Notes: generated by a model not told the origin, from the sequence alone. 64,000 nt of DNA from Peribolospora baueri (GCA_029717555.1 JAMDHS010000071.1:1-64000); one strand, 5' to 3'. Positions 11,592-24,729 are shown, counted from the first letter of the stretch. A program made the numbers and translations.

Positions 11592-14149
11592 CTACATAAC
11601 AAGACACACACTTCCACCTCTTCTTCTCGTGCCCGAGTTAATGCCCGTCTCGTCGTCCCCCTCCCTTTGAAGCGTCTCAATCATGCCTTCCACTCTGCTC
11701 AAATCTTCTCCGATCTTCCTTCTGAGTTCCTCGGGCATCTTGCCCCCTCCGCCCTTGTCGACAACCAAAAGAGCGGTCTCCAACCATTTCTTCGCATCTT
11801 CCAGCTCGCACTTCCTCTCCCTCCTCCTCTCCTCTCTAATTTCCTTCCCTCCGCCCGACCTCATCGACGTCGACTCCGCCCGACCTCTTCGATCAAGAAT
11901 CATCCCGGCCAAGACTATCATAGAACGAACCTGTCCCCTCCTTGCTGCTTCTGCGAACCACTCTCTTGCAGCCACATCGTCTGGAGTGACACCAAACTTC
12001 ATTTTATGGGCCACCTTGGCCTTGGCGCTTGGGACAAAAGTCCGCTCGCCAGCTTCGTCCATGGTCTCGATGAGCATCTGGTCCCCTTCCCCAACCCGGC
12101 TCACGGATGGATCAGAAGGGTCGAAGAGGTACAGCCGACCAAGGTTGTGAGCCGCTTCCGCGTGACCCAGTTTGGCGGCGCGGAGGAAGTGGCGGAGAGA
12201 CAGGGAGGGGTCTGAAGCGATAGGGGAACGGAAGCCAGGTGCGGGGCCACTGGACGTAGACGCAAGGAGCGTGGCGAGTTGGAAGTGCGCCGAGGCATTG
12301 TCTGCAGAAAGGTAGAACGCAAAGATAGTAAGCAAAACTATGTTGAGTCAGGGCTGTGCAGCATGCTCACCCTGTCGAGCGCCACGCTCGAAACACTCTC
12401 TTGCTTTCCAGATGTCTTTTGGTATGTATCGTCCCTGTCGGTAAAGTTTACCTGCATATGTCGCAAGAACACGGCCTCAAGGCCACCGTCAGCGTACCGC
12501 ACTAGAGGCACTCGGGTTCCTCCTGAGATGCGTGACGGTCACTCACCCAATTCTGTGCTCGCTTCGCCGACGCCGGCCAGGCTAGCCAAATTCAACAGTC
12601 GCTCGACGCGATCAGCCATCATACGCCTCTCCCGTTCGGACAATCGAGTGGTCTTTTTGACGCTCTCCCGCCCCTCGGCGTCCTGTTCCATCGCACGGCC
12701 TTTGCCTTTCTCCAAGCTAGAAGGACCTTGCCGATGGGCACCGGGGCCCGCACCGTCACCGCTACCACCCCCTTCTCCCAGTGCAATTTCCTCTCCGGGC
12801 CGTTGAAAAGGAGATGGTTCTAAGCCAGCAGAAGCCTCGGATTGGAGCTCTGCCATTCGAGCCATGTAATCGCCCTCTAGCCGGGCTGCCAAGACACGGC
12901 CCAGACCAAAATGGCCGTGTGAGTTGCCGCGCTTTGAGAGAGCGGTAAGGACGGAGATAGCGCGCTCGGTCATGACTGGAGAAAGAGGTTGAAAAGGGAT
13001 AAGATGAAGATGTAATTGGCAATTATTTATGTTGAGAGTTAGGTGCGGTCAAAGGAGACAGGTGAATTTCGCCCGAACAGCCTTCCACTGCCGTCTCATA
13101 TGAGAGGTAAAAATGGGAAGCAGTCACTCACCAGGGTCATCACCAACTGCTCCATGAAGTATCATGCTCGCCCAGCTGTAGCCGGCGTCGTCATCACCCC
13201 AACCTCTACAGTTCATACTTGTAGACTTTGCACCTTTGCATTTCGCGCCTACTGTTCCACTCCTCCTGCTCGAATTTCGGATTGGACCGCTACTTGAACG
13301 CAACACATCCGTAAGCATCGCGTCGCCGTATGCGAGAGCGTACAGACGTAAAGAGACGGCCTGCCGAAAGGGAGACGGGGAGTGGAGCAGTATGGACGAG
13401 GATAGTTGACGCAACTCTGACGCCGTCGACCTGGATTTCCGAAGGGCTGAGTGGAACAAATTAGGACAAGAACCAGGGAGGATCAGGGGAAATGAAATGG
13501 AATGCAGCTTCGAGAGGAGAAATCCGACGCTCACCAGCCCTGACTTTTCGCGCCGTCTCCTTTTCCCTCGTCTCATCTATGGAAAGCATCTGGCATATAG
13601 AGGCGTCCATCTCCGCGTTCTGGAGGCCGAGCTCGTCCACGACGAGCCCAACGATCTCTCGCGCAACCGGAAGAGGAGACTGCGGGAGGGGCAGATTGGG
13701 CGGCACCAGGGCTGAAGGTGAGGAAGAGGTAAAAAGGAAGAAACGCGACATAAGCAAGCGTCTCCGCACGTCTGCCCCTCCAAATGAATGTTCGCGCACT
13801 CACTGCCGACGAGCGATTCGGGCCTCCGCCGCTGGTTTATTGGAGCAAAAGTCTCGTGCTCATCCCCCGTCACCACCTCTCTCTGTACCGGCCCGCCATG
13901 GGGACCACCCTCGGTGTCCACCTCGCTATCATAAAGCCTCTGTCTCCCAGAGGGGTCGCGCACGACCTTCCATTTCTTCTGGTGAAGAGAAGGAAAGGTG
14001 GTAAAAGAGCGAGTCGCTATACCATCCGATCTCTTCCGACCTCGGACGCTACGAGCGGGAGGCGAGCGGCAGTGACTTGCTCCTGCCGGAGAGGCGAAGA
14101 GGCTTTGATAGATTGCCAACGAGCGCCGGGTGGGCGATGCGGCCGCCAT
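11592..14149 (-). CDS. Sel1-like repeat (HCP-like) protein, possibly Mss2-like, with C-terminal CaaX
   Basis: Sel1-type segments: LSKRGNSHGHFGLG, ASLAGVGEASTELG, FLRAAKLGHAEAAHNLGRLY, AREWFAEAARRGQVRSMIVLA. The N-terminus is Arg/Ser/Ala-rich and the protein ends RRRGGSVCLVM*. Multi-exon. Confidence 0.75.
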
Positions 14150-14255
14150 TATGTGCCTTGCTTCATGGAGACATGACGAGAACAGGCCCGAATCGTCGGA
14201 AGCCCCGGGTGGAGAGGTCGTACGAGCCGCAGCGCGTAAATGACCGAGAGACGCG

Positions 14256-14261
14256 ACGCGT
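14256..14261. promoter_or_regulatory. MCB (MluI cell-cycle box) ACGCGT upstream of RFC4
   Basis: ACGCGT lies in ACGCGACGCGTCGAT about 60 bp upstream of the RFC4 ATG. MCBs are the known G1/S element of fungal replication genes. Confidence 0.5.
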
Positions 14262-14318
14262 CGATCACACTAACCTTCTTGCTGGTGCCCGCGATACTCG
14301 TCCCCATCCCACCACAAC

Positions 14319-16046
14319 ATGGCGTCGTCTTCCAAGGCAAATAAGGCGGCCGCGAATGGCGGCAGTGGCGGCGACAATTACGAAATGCCTTGGTGAGTCT
14401 TTCCTCGTCCCCAGCATCTCCCACGGTTCAACGTCAGGCTCTGACCGATGGTCCTCGCCTGTTGGGCGCACAGGGTGGAGAAATACCGGCCCAAGTACCT
14501 CAGCGACATTGTCGGGAACACAGACACCATCGAGCGTTTGAAGGTCATTGCCGAGGACGGAAATATGCCCCATGTCATCATTTCGGTCTGTCACCCGTTT
14601 CTCAATGGTGCCACGGTGGTCTCGATTTCTGAACCTTTCTCTTCCTTCTGATCACTTGTTTCTGCGCAGGGATTGCCCGGAATTGGGAAGACAACTTCCG
14701 TTCTGTGCCTTGCTCACGCACTCCTCGGGGAAAGCTATAAAGAAGGGGTGCTCGAGCTAAACGCTTCTGATGAACGGTGCGTCCCATGGCTGTCCCAGTT
14801 TCAGACCTGACTCTACCAAGTTAACCTGTCTCTCCATTGCTTTCCTACCCACTACAATTCAGAGGCATCGACGTCGTTCGGAATCGCATCAAGACGTTTG
14901 CTCAGAAGAAGGTCTCTCTGCCTCCAGGGAGGCACAAAATTGTCATCCTTGACGAAGCCGACAGGTATGGCTACCATCACCGTGACGTACTTCATTGCGC
15001 TCGCCCATCTGATTCGTCATCTAACAACCATTTCTCAATGCTCACTAGCATGACCCCCGGCGCCCAGCAAGCTTTGCGACGAACGATGGAAATTTACTCT
15101 AATACCACCCGCTTTGCCCTGGCTTGCAATCAGTCCAACAAGATCATTGAGCCCATCCAATCCCGCTGCGCCCTTCTCCGCTATGGAAAGCTGAGCGATG
15201 AGCAGGTGCTTAGGAGGCTGAAGGAGGTTTGTGAGATGGAGGATGTGAGTAAGCACATGTCTTCGAAGACTTCAGGGCAATGCAGGGGTAGATGACCTTC
15301 CACAGACCAGAATGATCTCCTGTGGATGCTGTTCTTAACTCGGAACGCTCCTTATCCCCTCCCCATTGTTCAGGTGAGGTACTCTCCCGAAGGTCTTGCA
15401 GCGCTCATTTTCACGGCTGAGGGAGACATGCGGCAAGCAATCAATAACCTCCAGTCCACTTGGACCGGTCTGGGTTTCGTTTCGCCGGACAATGTCTTCA
15501 AGGTCTGTGACCAACCTCATCCGATCACCATCCGCGCCATGCTCACCGCATGTCAGAAGGGCGATATCGAGGGCGCTATGGAGAGATTGGACGAGGTTTG
15601 GACGCAAGGATATAGCGCCATAGATATCATTACCACCCTGTTCAGGGTCACCAAGGCATTGGACGGCATGCAGGAATATTTGAAGGTATGCCGTCGGTCC
15701 CGACGAACTCTCACCCGTGTGGTAACTGGAAGCTGAAACCACTTGAGGTTTTTTTCCCGTAATCGTCGCCCAGCTTGAGTTCATCAAGGTGACCCGGCGT
15801 CCATCATTGTATCTCGTCTTCACTCTGGATGTATGCTAAACTCCTCACTGTTGTCCACGCAGGAGATCGGCTGGACTCACATGAAGATCCTAGAGGGCGT
15901 CAGCACAGTAGTCCAACTGGGCGGTCTCCTCGCGCGGCTGTGTAAAATGGTAGGCCTTTGAAGTCGGCAAGCGGAAACTTCTTTCAGCACACTGATCGGA
16001 TTACCACCCTTTGCAGAACATGAAGCAAGAGCTTTTCCAACCGTGA
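14319..16046 (+). CDS. RFC4: Replication factor C small subunit (yeast Rfc4 / human RFC2)
   Basis: Spliced product MASSSK..YEMPW|VEKYRP, with Walker [68 protein letters not shown] and [12 protein letters not shown]. Ends NMKQELFQP*. Confidence 0.96.
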
Positions 16047-16337
16047 CCTGATCGTCTCTGGTGTGTACGATATCCCGCGATGTAACTCCACATGTTTCTT
16101 TACGAATGAACATCCAGTCACAGACTCCGTCGTCTTCGATCCGAGTGAGCCAAAATTGTGCCCTTAAACTGCCTCGCCTCTGCACCACCCACACGTTCAA
16201 TCCGTTACCCAACTCTTGGAATGGCGGCCCTCAGTCAAGTCACCATTCCGACAGCTTGACAAGCATCTGATGGCTGACGGGTGGTGGAAGGGCAAAGGAC
16301 TAATGGGTTTTAATTGGAGATGGCTAATGGTACACGG

Positions 16338-18886
16338 TCATCCTCCGTACCCTCCACGATACATGGGGCCCCTGGCCCCACCACCGCCGCCGCCACGCCT
16401 CTCCGTCTTCGGCTGCTCAGGCGAGTGCCCACGAGAGGGCGCCGTCTTGCGTTTTTGCGCTCCTCTGCCCACTAAGGAGGCAACACCCTTTATTGATATG
16501 CTGTTCTCGTGCTTAACGGAACCGCTGGCGAACGTTGAAGTTAAGTCGTCCGTCCTCTTCCCGCCAGATGCTTCCTCCCTCGCCTTCTTCGCCGCAAAAT
16601 TGAAGTTGCTTCGCTCTCGGTCCGCCGACTTGCTTCTTCCCTTGTTGCCTTTTCGACCATCTGCCACGCCCGGCTTGTCATCGTCTCGAGCAGAGGAAGG
16701 CTTCGAGGAAGAACGAGGCCCACGACCAACTGCGGAGGCGCGCCTCGAGAACCAGTCGTCGTCGTCGTAGATATCGTGCCAGTCGTCGCGGTTCGTCCGG
16801 CGCCCATAGCGATCCTTCTCTCTGGCCCTATCCCCTGCACGCGATTGTTCCTTCTCCGCCCGTGAATTTCTCTTCTCCCTCCCTCGCCTCTCTGGGTCCA
16901 CACCATCGAACGCGACCCCATAACCCGCACTCATTCCCCGCCCGTCGAGACCGCCTCCCCCTCCCGCCCATGCTCTGCCGTCGAATATTCCTCTGCGGTC
17001 TGACTCACCCCAGCCCGAGCGCGACGACCTTTCGTGGAAGTAGGAAGAGCGATCGCCTCGGTAGGAAGACGAATACGCTGCCGATGGACGTGGGGCTGGG
17101 ATATCGCGGGCGTACGGACCCATGGTGGAGATAAATTCAGAAAAGGCGCTCGGTTCGCGCTGATGGCCCGGTCGAGCGCGTGGGAGCGGGCAATCCTGAG
17201 TGCATGCAAGATAATGTGGTCTGAGCTGTCGCAATTGAGTATGTCATGAGCACCTGAACCAACTTACATCGCCCCAATGATCTAAGCCTGCGCAGTTATA
17301 GCACCATCGAACGGCGAGATCGATATCCTCTGACCGTTTTTGTCGCCGATTTCGATCTCGCCGTCGGTCGTCAAGCTTGGAAGAACTTTTTGAGCTCGAC
17401 CCATCGTTCTCTAGCTCTGCTAGCGCGACCTTCCGTTCCGAAGCGTACTCGCGCTCAGACGAATAGAAATAGATCCTCCAGAGGGAGGGACATGCCTTAG
17501 AAGAGATAGAGCAAGGCAGTGAAGAGAGAACGGTTGAGCCATTCGCTGCGAAGTGGTTCCGACTTCATCATGTTGACGATAATGACGATACCGCCCAAAA
17601 TTCACTTACGGAATGAAGATGATCGTAACTCCCGCACCGATCGCACCCCGTCCTTCCCCTTGCCCCATATGATCGGTTCTTAGGTGCAGTACAGTCGGCA
17701 CTGCGATGACCCCGCCCACCACAGTTGAAGCAGACAAGAATGATAGGGCATTCGCGCGTCCTGTGCTCGTCCACGGCGCCACATTTGAGGCACTGGACAT
17801 AGAAAATGAATCGACCGCGAGATTTTTGTCAGTCAAAAGTGCTTTGTGATCGAGGACCTCGGCAAAGTATAGGTGCTCCCTCTCACCTGCTCGTGCGAGC
17901 ATGCGCGTTTTGTATGCCCTTCCTCGCCGCAGACCGCACAAACTTCATACCGCGTCGCCGCTCCTGGGTCTATAAAGTAGCGAGGAACAGCCTAGAGAAA
18001 AGGACAAATTTTCAGTAACGGTTCTTGCCGCCCTGTCAGCTCGGGATCAACGAACCTTGCCATCAATGTCATCAACGAATTCGATGCCTTCCATGTCCAC
18101 GTCTCCCACGTCCTCTCCATCGTGATCACCACCATTGTCATCTCCGGCGCTGCGCTTGCCTGCGACGCTCGTACTGCCTGAAGTCAAGCTCTGGCCAACA
18201 CCTTCGCCGGAGCCATCCTCCAAAGTGACGTGAGCAGGCAGCAAGAGGCCATCGTGAACGATGTCAGAAGGCTCTCCTATCGGATCGGTCGCCGTAATCC
18301 CATCAGCGCTCTCTGCACAGACAGCAGGAGCGACTTGGTCCGTCCACAGTTTCGTCTTCTGCACAGAACCGCCCGTAAAATCCATGAGGAAGAGCTCATT
18401 GCCGAACTCGTCCTTGCTGCTGACGATTCCAGCTTCCCCAATACGCTGCATCCTCTCCCTTCGGCGCGAGCGTTTGCCCTGTCGAGCTGTCGAGGAAGAC
18501 GGGTCGGTAGAGGGAGGTGGGTGGGATGTGGACGCAAGATCGGCTGCGGGAGGCGGAGAAGTCGAGGGTCGAGAGGCCGTCGCGCTGGCGGCGGGGACGG
18601 AAGAGCTTCGATGTCGGTCCTCCGCATCCATATTGGCTCGTATCACGTCGTCGGTCAGACCTGAAAAGTCGCCATGCAAATGTTCGTCCAGCTCGATGCT
18701 CTGCTTCCTCGTGCCGGTCTTGCCGCTGAGCTCGCCACCTTCGGAATCGTGCTCGAGAGCGTCACGTCCACTCCGATCACGGCCAGCCCTGGACTTGTTA
18801 CCCTTCTTAGGTTTTTTCCCCTTCCGATTGCGGGACTTGGGTGCCTGGGCGTGGTTATCTACGTCCGGCCCACCTTTACCTGACAT
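16338..18886 (-). CDS. AIR1: Zinc-knuckle RNA-binding protein Air1/Air2 (TRAMP subunit; ZCCHC7-like)
   Basis: Five CCHC knuckles across exons: CAVCGEEGHTKRAC, CLKCGAVDEHRTREC, CFNCGGRGHRSADC, CDRCGSYDH..C and WCYNCAGLDHWGDDC. Also has the Air-type CPSLWRIY linker and an R/G/D-rich tail ending YRGGYGG. Confidence 0.85.
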
Positions 18887-19323
18887 CGCCCTCCGTTGAA
18901 GGTGGAACGTGATCGGCGAAGCTGGCCGCGAGAGGACGTGGCGGACGGGGGACGGTGCAATAAAAGGACTTCCAAAAGAAGACCACGAGACGACAGTCAG
19001 GCTGTTGCGTTTAGGAAAGGACAACTGTTAGCCGAATGATTTGAGGAACGAGGTGGACGACATCTCGACTCGCTTCCGGTTCGTCCCCGCCGCATTCGCG
19101 CCTTCCTCCTCGGCACCAAAAAGACTGCGGTAAAATCATGTCACGTGAGACATTCTGAACGATGCGATCGGTCGAGTTAGAAAGGACGACGAACAGAACC
19201 ATCATCGACTGAGCGACCCAGGACAGAGTAGCGCTGCGTTTCGTCTTAGCTTCGGAGGTGTTGACAGTCTCCGCCGTTTTCATGGATTGGTGAACTGGTT
19301 TGCCCCGTCGTGCTGCCGGCGAC

Positions 19324-21620
19324 ATGTCGTTCTCGTTCGACAACCCTGCGGCGTCGCTGGCCTTGCTCGAGCGCCATCACCGACAACAGCAGCTAACCTC
19401 CCATCCGAGCCATCAGCAGCAGCCCGCATTCGATCACACTCAACTTCACGACAACCAGGGCGGTCGGGAACCTGGTGGTGTGCGCGTCAATGTAGGCTCG
19501 ACAAGCATTCGCAAGGCATGCGACGCATGCAGGGCCCACAAACTCAAGTGTTCCGGGGAAATGGATGGCTCGGGGTGTCAGAGATGTAGGAAGGCCGGTG
19601 AGCTGCGATCTTTTATTTGTCCTGGCCGATCTTGAACCTCCAAGAACATCTCCAATTAATTTTTTTTTCTTTCTCATGTTGTCCAGCCATTCCCTGTGTC
19701 TATTCCTCCCGTGCCAAACGAAGAACACCTGTGGTGCGGCACGATCCGAAAAATCCGCGAAGGAAACGACAAAAGCTGGGGCACGGCCTTTTCGATCTGT
19801 CTCTTCCGCCAGCTCTCCAAGCCCTTCTCTCTCCCTACCTGCTCTCATCCTCTGCGCCAAGGTCGCCGCCCACCTCCGTTCCCCCACCCACTCCGGCTTA
19901 CCCGTCTGGTCTCTCCAGCGAATCGATCTCGCAAATACTGAGCCAAGCGGCAGCGGCGGTCACTGCTAGTAGCCCGTCAGTTCCAGTTCAGGGTCATGCT
20001 CCCGCTCAACATTCACCAGAACTTCATCAACCGTCCCAACCCACGGATCCGGCCGCATTCGCGAGTATACTTGCTGCTTTGGACGAGCTCGGCCACGGAG
20101 GGACTGCGACCGGGGAATTGGGAGGGCTTCTGGGGAATGGAAGGACGACCTCGGGCCTGACCACACAGGCTATTTTCTCGACTTCCTCGGCGTCGCCGAC
20201 CTTCCCTTCTGAGCCGTCCACCTCTGCTCTGGGATCACTCTGCGAACCCGGCCCTTCAAGCGAGCCAATGGCATCTTCGAACGTTGTCACGCCGTCAACG
20301 TCTTTCACACCTATGGCATTACCCGATTGCATGGACTTGCTCTCTCTGCTCTCTACCGACGAATTCTTGGCTAGATTCGATGTCGACTTACATCAAGGCA
20401 CAGGGTGGTCAGCAGCCCAGTCCAGAGGCCGGGCAGTGGCGAACGGAGATGAATATGCAGCCATGGAAAAAACTCACGTGGAGGACGTTAACGATGGCGC
20501 TGAAACCGGGGCTGGGGAGCATAGTCCAAGAATGGTCGAGCACGAAGGCAGGCAAACTCAATCCGGAAGCGACACACAATCTCATTATGCCGCCGCCGTC
20601 GGCTCTACACTACCGAGAATCCCGGCGCCCTCTCCGCCTTCCCTTTTCTCGCCGTCCCAGCAAGGGCAGCACGGCGATGAAATACTGGCTTCTCAGCCAT
20701 CTTCTCCCCCTTCATCCTGCGACTGCGCCTGCGTACCTTCGCTCACCACCTCGTACGTCTCTCTAGGCTGCCAACTAGCCGCGTACAAGGTCTCTCAAAG
20801 CCACGCTACCGCGACGCCGACACCTGCAAGTGTTGTCGCATCCTCTGCTTCGCCAAGCCCGGATTATGCGAGCGCTTCCCACCAAATACATTCTTCGCCA
20901 TCCCAGCGGCTACCCCTGCCATGGCCGGCAACCTCCCTGATCCCTTCTCTGCTATCGGACGTTGACACTGCCGCATTGCATGTCTCGTTCTCGCTTCACT
21001 CGTGCAGAGTCTGTTCGGACCGGGGAGGCGAAGCGAAGAAGAGCGTTTCCATACTCTCACTCGCTGTCATAAGCAAAGTACTGCTGGCGGTCGAGAGGAT
21101 TGGCAAGGTGGCCAGGCGGGTTGATGCTGATGATGGTTCTGGGAATGGGGTGGGTAATGGCGGTTCGTCCGATAGCCACAAGGGGGGTAAGGGCAAGGGC
21201 AAGGCGATATCGACATCTTCGTCGGGGCAGCACCTCGGCTCGATTTTTGCTCTCCTTCTCTCTCACACGCCCAGCGTACCGCCTGGAGAGCCCCCAGCAT
21301 CCCGCTCAACTTCAGAATCTGGGCAGTCCGAATCAATCCCGCTTTTGCTCAGCAGCGTACACACGCTCCCTCTCTTGCACACGTTGCTCGGCTCGGTACT
21401 CAATGTCGTTGAGGGCGTTCTCCAGGGTTTTCTGGCGGGAGACGATGGAAGTGTGGTCACGAGGATGGCACACGCGCTGATTCAATCCGTTGCCGATACG
21501 CGCCACAACATGACTTCTATTGGCGGCAATGAGGGCAACGTGGACGATAGAGAGGAAGAGGAGGAACGAGCTAGCGGCTACACCTCGTCTTCATGCTCAC
21601 CGCACGTTCATGTGATGTAG
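19324..21620 (+). CDS. Zn(II)2Cys6 fungal transcription factor
   Basis: RKACDACRAHKLKCSGEMDGSGCQRCRKA|..PCVYSSRAKRR binuclear cluster, split by one intron. A long S/P-rich region follows, then a C-terminal CDCAC..CRVC segment. Confidence 0.88.
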
Positions 21621-22016
21621 AGGAGCTCGAACCACTCTAAAAGATGCTTAGTCTAGCAGAGCTGAACGAGATGATAAACCTCGGCCGAAGAGCAATGGCT
21701 GCAGTCCAAGTGTCTTCACAATTTGTCGTCGACGATGATGCTCAGAACAGTAGGCTAGCTCTTTTTTTCCGTTTCTTGGTGGTCCGGTAGAAGGAGTCAG
21801 GGGTGATGGTGGTGGCATTGATAGAGGCGATGATGAATGCACTCGGAATATAGGATGCACATTCTACAGAAGTAACTGTACGCTTCGGATACGTCGGTCA
21901 TGGATTGACGACGCCGCATTTGCGCACTTCCTCCGAATGCGTTGGGACCACGAATAGCGGTGTTTTCGGGATTGCAGTTCTTTATCCTAAGTTGAAATTG
22001 CATTTTCGCCAAGATA

Positions 22017-24098
22017 TCAAACAGTCTCAATCATTTCCTCCATCGCTTGCCATTTCTTGCCCGCGCCCGAATGCGTTCTTCCGGCTGAAATGGATGTCTT
22101 GGGGACGATGAGAGAGATGTCAGAAGCGAAGATGCGGTCTAAGGCCCGAGCTTGCTCCTCCGCGTCGTTCTTACTCGTGGAATCGTGGAATAGATGGTCC
22201 ATGTCCTCGAGAGACCTGCGCAATTCGATGAGTCGCCCACTCCGTGCCATACACTCCTATCAAAGCGGCAACAATGGTGTGGCAAGCTTCAGATGAGAGT
22301 TGCGCCGATGACGACAAGGGGCCGACGTCCCAACTTGTCAAGGAGGTAGAAAACGGGAGTTACTCCAACGAACTTCATGATACCACTCATCGTCAGTTGC
22401 ATGTCAGAGCTCAATCCAAGCGCTTGGAAGAGAGAGTGCCCGTAATAGGTCATGCTGTTTATTCCTGTGTAACAGGGTGAGTGAATTGAGGCAGAGTCAG
22501 CACGGAAGGCCGGAAAGCAATGAAAGCGAAATGATGACTTCAAAACGCAAATGAGGCCGCAGAGGCCGCGGATCGAACTCGAGCCGGGGACCGTGACGGC
22601 TGTACACGTGGATGGAAAAGCATCTCCCCGCTCTTGATGTTGATGTCATGCTCACCAACGAATTGGTGAAAGAATCCTAGGCCGATGCCGATGTCTAGCC
22701 ATGCGTAGCGGAGAACATGCGAGACAAAGTCAGATGGACGAGTGAGCTGACGGTGAGAGGTATTTATTGTCACTCACGCATCCGTCGAATCATGTTCTTC
22801 TTGAAGCAGACCCCCCAGCTTGGCAACTCGAGCCTAATCTTGTCAGTAAGCCCTCCTCCAATAAGGCTGGGGTTGCGCCTGTTGGAGGGGGCCTGCTGGG
22901 TCTCCGATTCGACCGAAGCCCACCCAGCAAGGACGCGACTGTCATTTATCGGAAAGCATCGCAGGCGAGAGATGGTCCTGAGAGCTTTGTCGGCACGCCC
23001 CTTGCTAACCAACCAGCGAGGAGAGTAGGGAAGAATTTAAAAGATAGCCGCGAGATGGATAGGTGGATGGGAGGGGAGCTGCGATGATCAGACCACAGTC
23101 ATCGACCGACACCTTCACAAAGTAACTAGACTGCCCACCAGGTATCATTTGAACGAGGAAAGGAAAGCGGAAAGCCCAATCGTTGGCAATACAGCGGCTC
23201 GCATAGGAGACGTAACCACGACCCCAAACGCCTGTACAAAATGCCCCAACAATCAATTGTGATCCGCCTGTCAATCGCGGTCACGAGGGGCCCAAACGGG
23301 ATAGTGTGAGCAAAGCGAACTTGTCAGATAAAGGCTATTTCGTCAGGCGTCGCTTCAAAAGGGGCTTGCCACCTACGAGATATACAGCGGGGCGACGGCA
23401 GATAAAGTGCCGATACCGACACCGCCAACAAGCCTCCCGACAACCAGCATGGGATACCAGAATGCAGCTACAGAAAAAAAGTGACCGAATTTAAAGAGAG
23501 CATTTGTGAGGTCATGCATAAAGCTAAGGGCTCACCGGTCTGAAGAACAGCGCCGACGATGAACCACACTACACCAATGATGAGGGTGATGCGTCGGAAC
23601 AATATGTCGGTTGCGAAGCCGGACTGAATGCCTCCTAACAAGGCACCAAGCTCTAGAAGGGTGGTCATGAACCCTTTAAAGGATCCAGCCGAGTGGTTTT
23701 GAGTCTCGTCTACTTCGGGGAACTGTTTACGAACTGCTTCATGACCATGACGACGTGAGGCCTTGATCGAAGCGAATTGAGAACCCTCTGATAGCCGCCG
23801 TCATCGCGCATAAGACAATGAAGCGGGACTGGAAGAGCTGTTTCCAGGCTGTGGAATATGAGTGGGAAACGACGCGACGCGGTCAGCGATGGGGCTCCCT
23901 TACCACGCGTTCCTCTGTCCATGAACCGGTTGGTTTATCTGAAAGTCGATACGGACAATTGTTGCCATAGCTCTTGACGAGCAGGTCCGGGTTGCAGGCT
24001 AACTCCTGGACTTCTTGGGGCCAAGATGAGTGGTGCTAGGGGTCCTCTGCGTCAATTTCCCTGAAGACAAGGTCGTCAGCGTGCGCTATGGACGCCAT
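22017..24098 (-). pseudogene. Decayed MFS sugar-porter family transporter
   Basis: Recognisable motifs: LLELGALLGG, GRLVGGVGIG..APLYIS, WAFRFPFLVQMIPG, PYSPRWL, FFHQFVGINSMTYY, LDKLGRRPL, RSLEDMD. Lesions: stop/frameshift near 24036, frameshift near 23725, in-frame TAA at 23037-23039, TGA/frameshift near 22289, and apparent loss of the last helices near 22220. Confidence 0.85.
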
Positions 24099-24729
24099 CG
24101 GAGCGGAATAAAATGAGTGACATGGAAACTGTGTGTTCCATTCTGTTGCTGCGCGCATACCTGACTTGGGCGCTACCAATTTGCCTTGTTTATGGCCGAG
24201 TGCGGCCTCTTTCTCAGGGCAGCAGTCGATGCAGCCGTCGAGCACCGCCTGGTCCGCCGGACATGGTCATACGACAGTATTGACCACAAACCACGCATGA
24301 GTGAAGAAGAGGACCGGGTCCTCTGAACTCCAGGGCCTTTTCCCATCTGACTCCTCAACAAGGACTGACTATGCCACCTCACTAAGCCCGCACTCCCGAG
24401 GCACTTTCAATTCGCCGTAGGATAACCTCGACGTAACAGTTTCTGCATTGGACGACGAATGCACCGAGACGTACAACTACAGATAAGAACAGCGCGGCAA
24501 GTGAGGAGGATGGAAATGGGATGCGGAGATGGAACGCGCGGGTATCCAGGCAGTAAGAAAAGAACGAAGTGAGACGGACAGGAGCAAGAAAGACGAAATG
24601 ACCGAGGATGGGGTGGGGTATAGAACACCGACTGGAGGAAAGTAAGACAGCGGGCGAACGAGAACGACGAAGATGGAGTGGAAATCGATCAGAGGATATA
24701 TGCCTGGTTGCTCATCTCGACTCGGCTCG

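Noticed and set aside
23360..23380. Apparent TAG after PLYIS in the transporter pseudogene
   Set aside because: It could be a GTAGGT splice donor, so I did not count it as a lesion.
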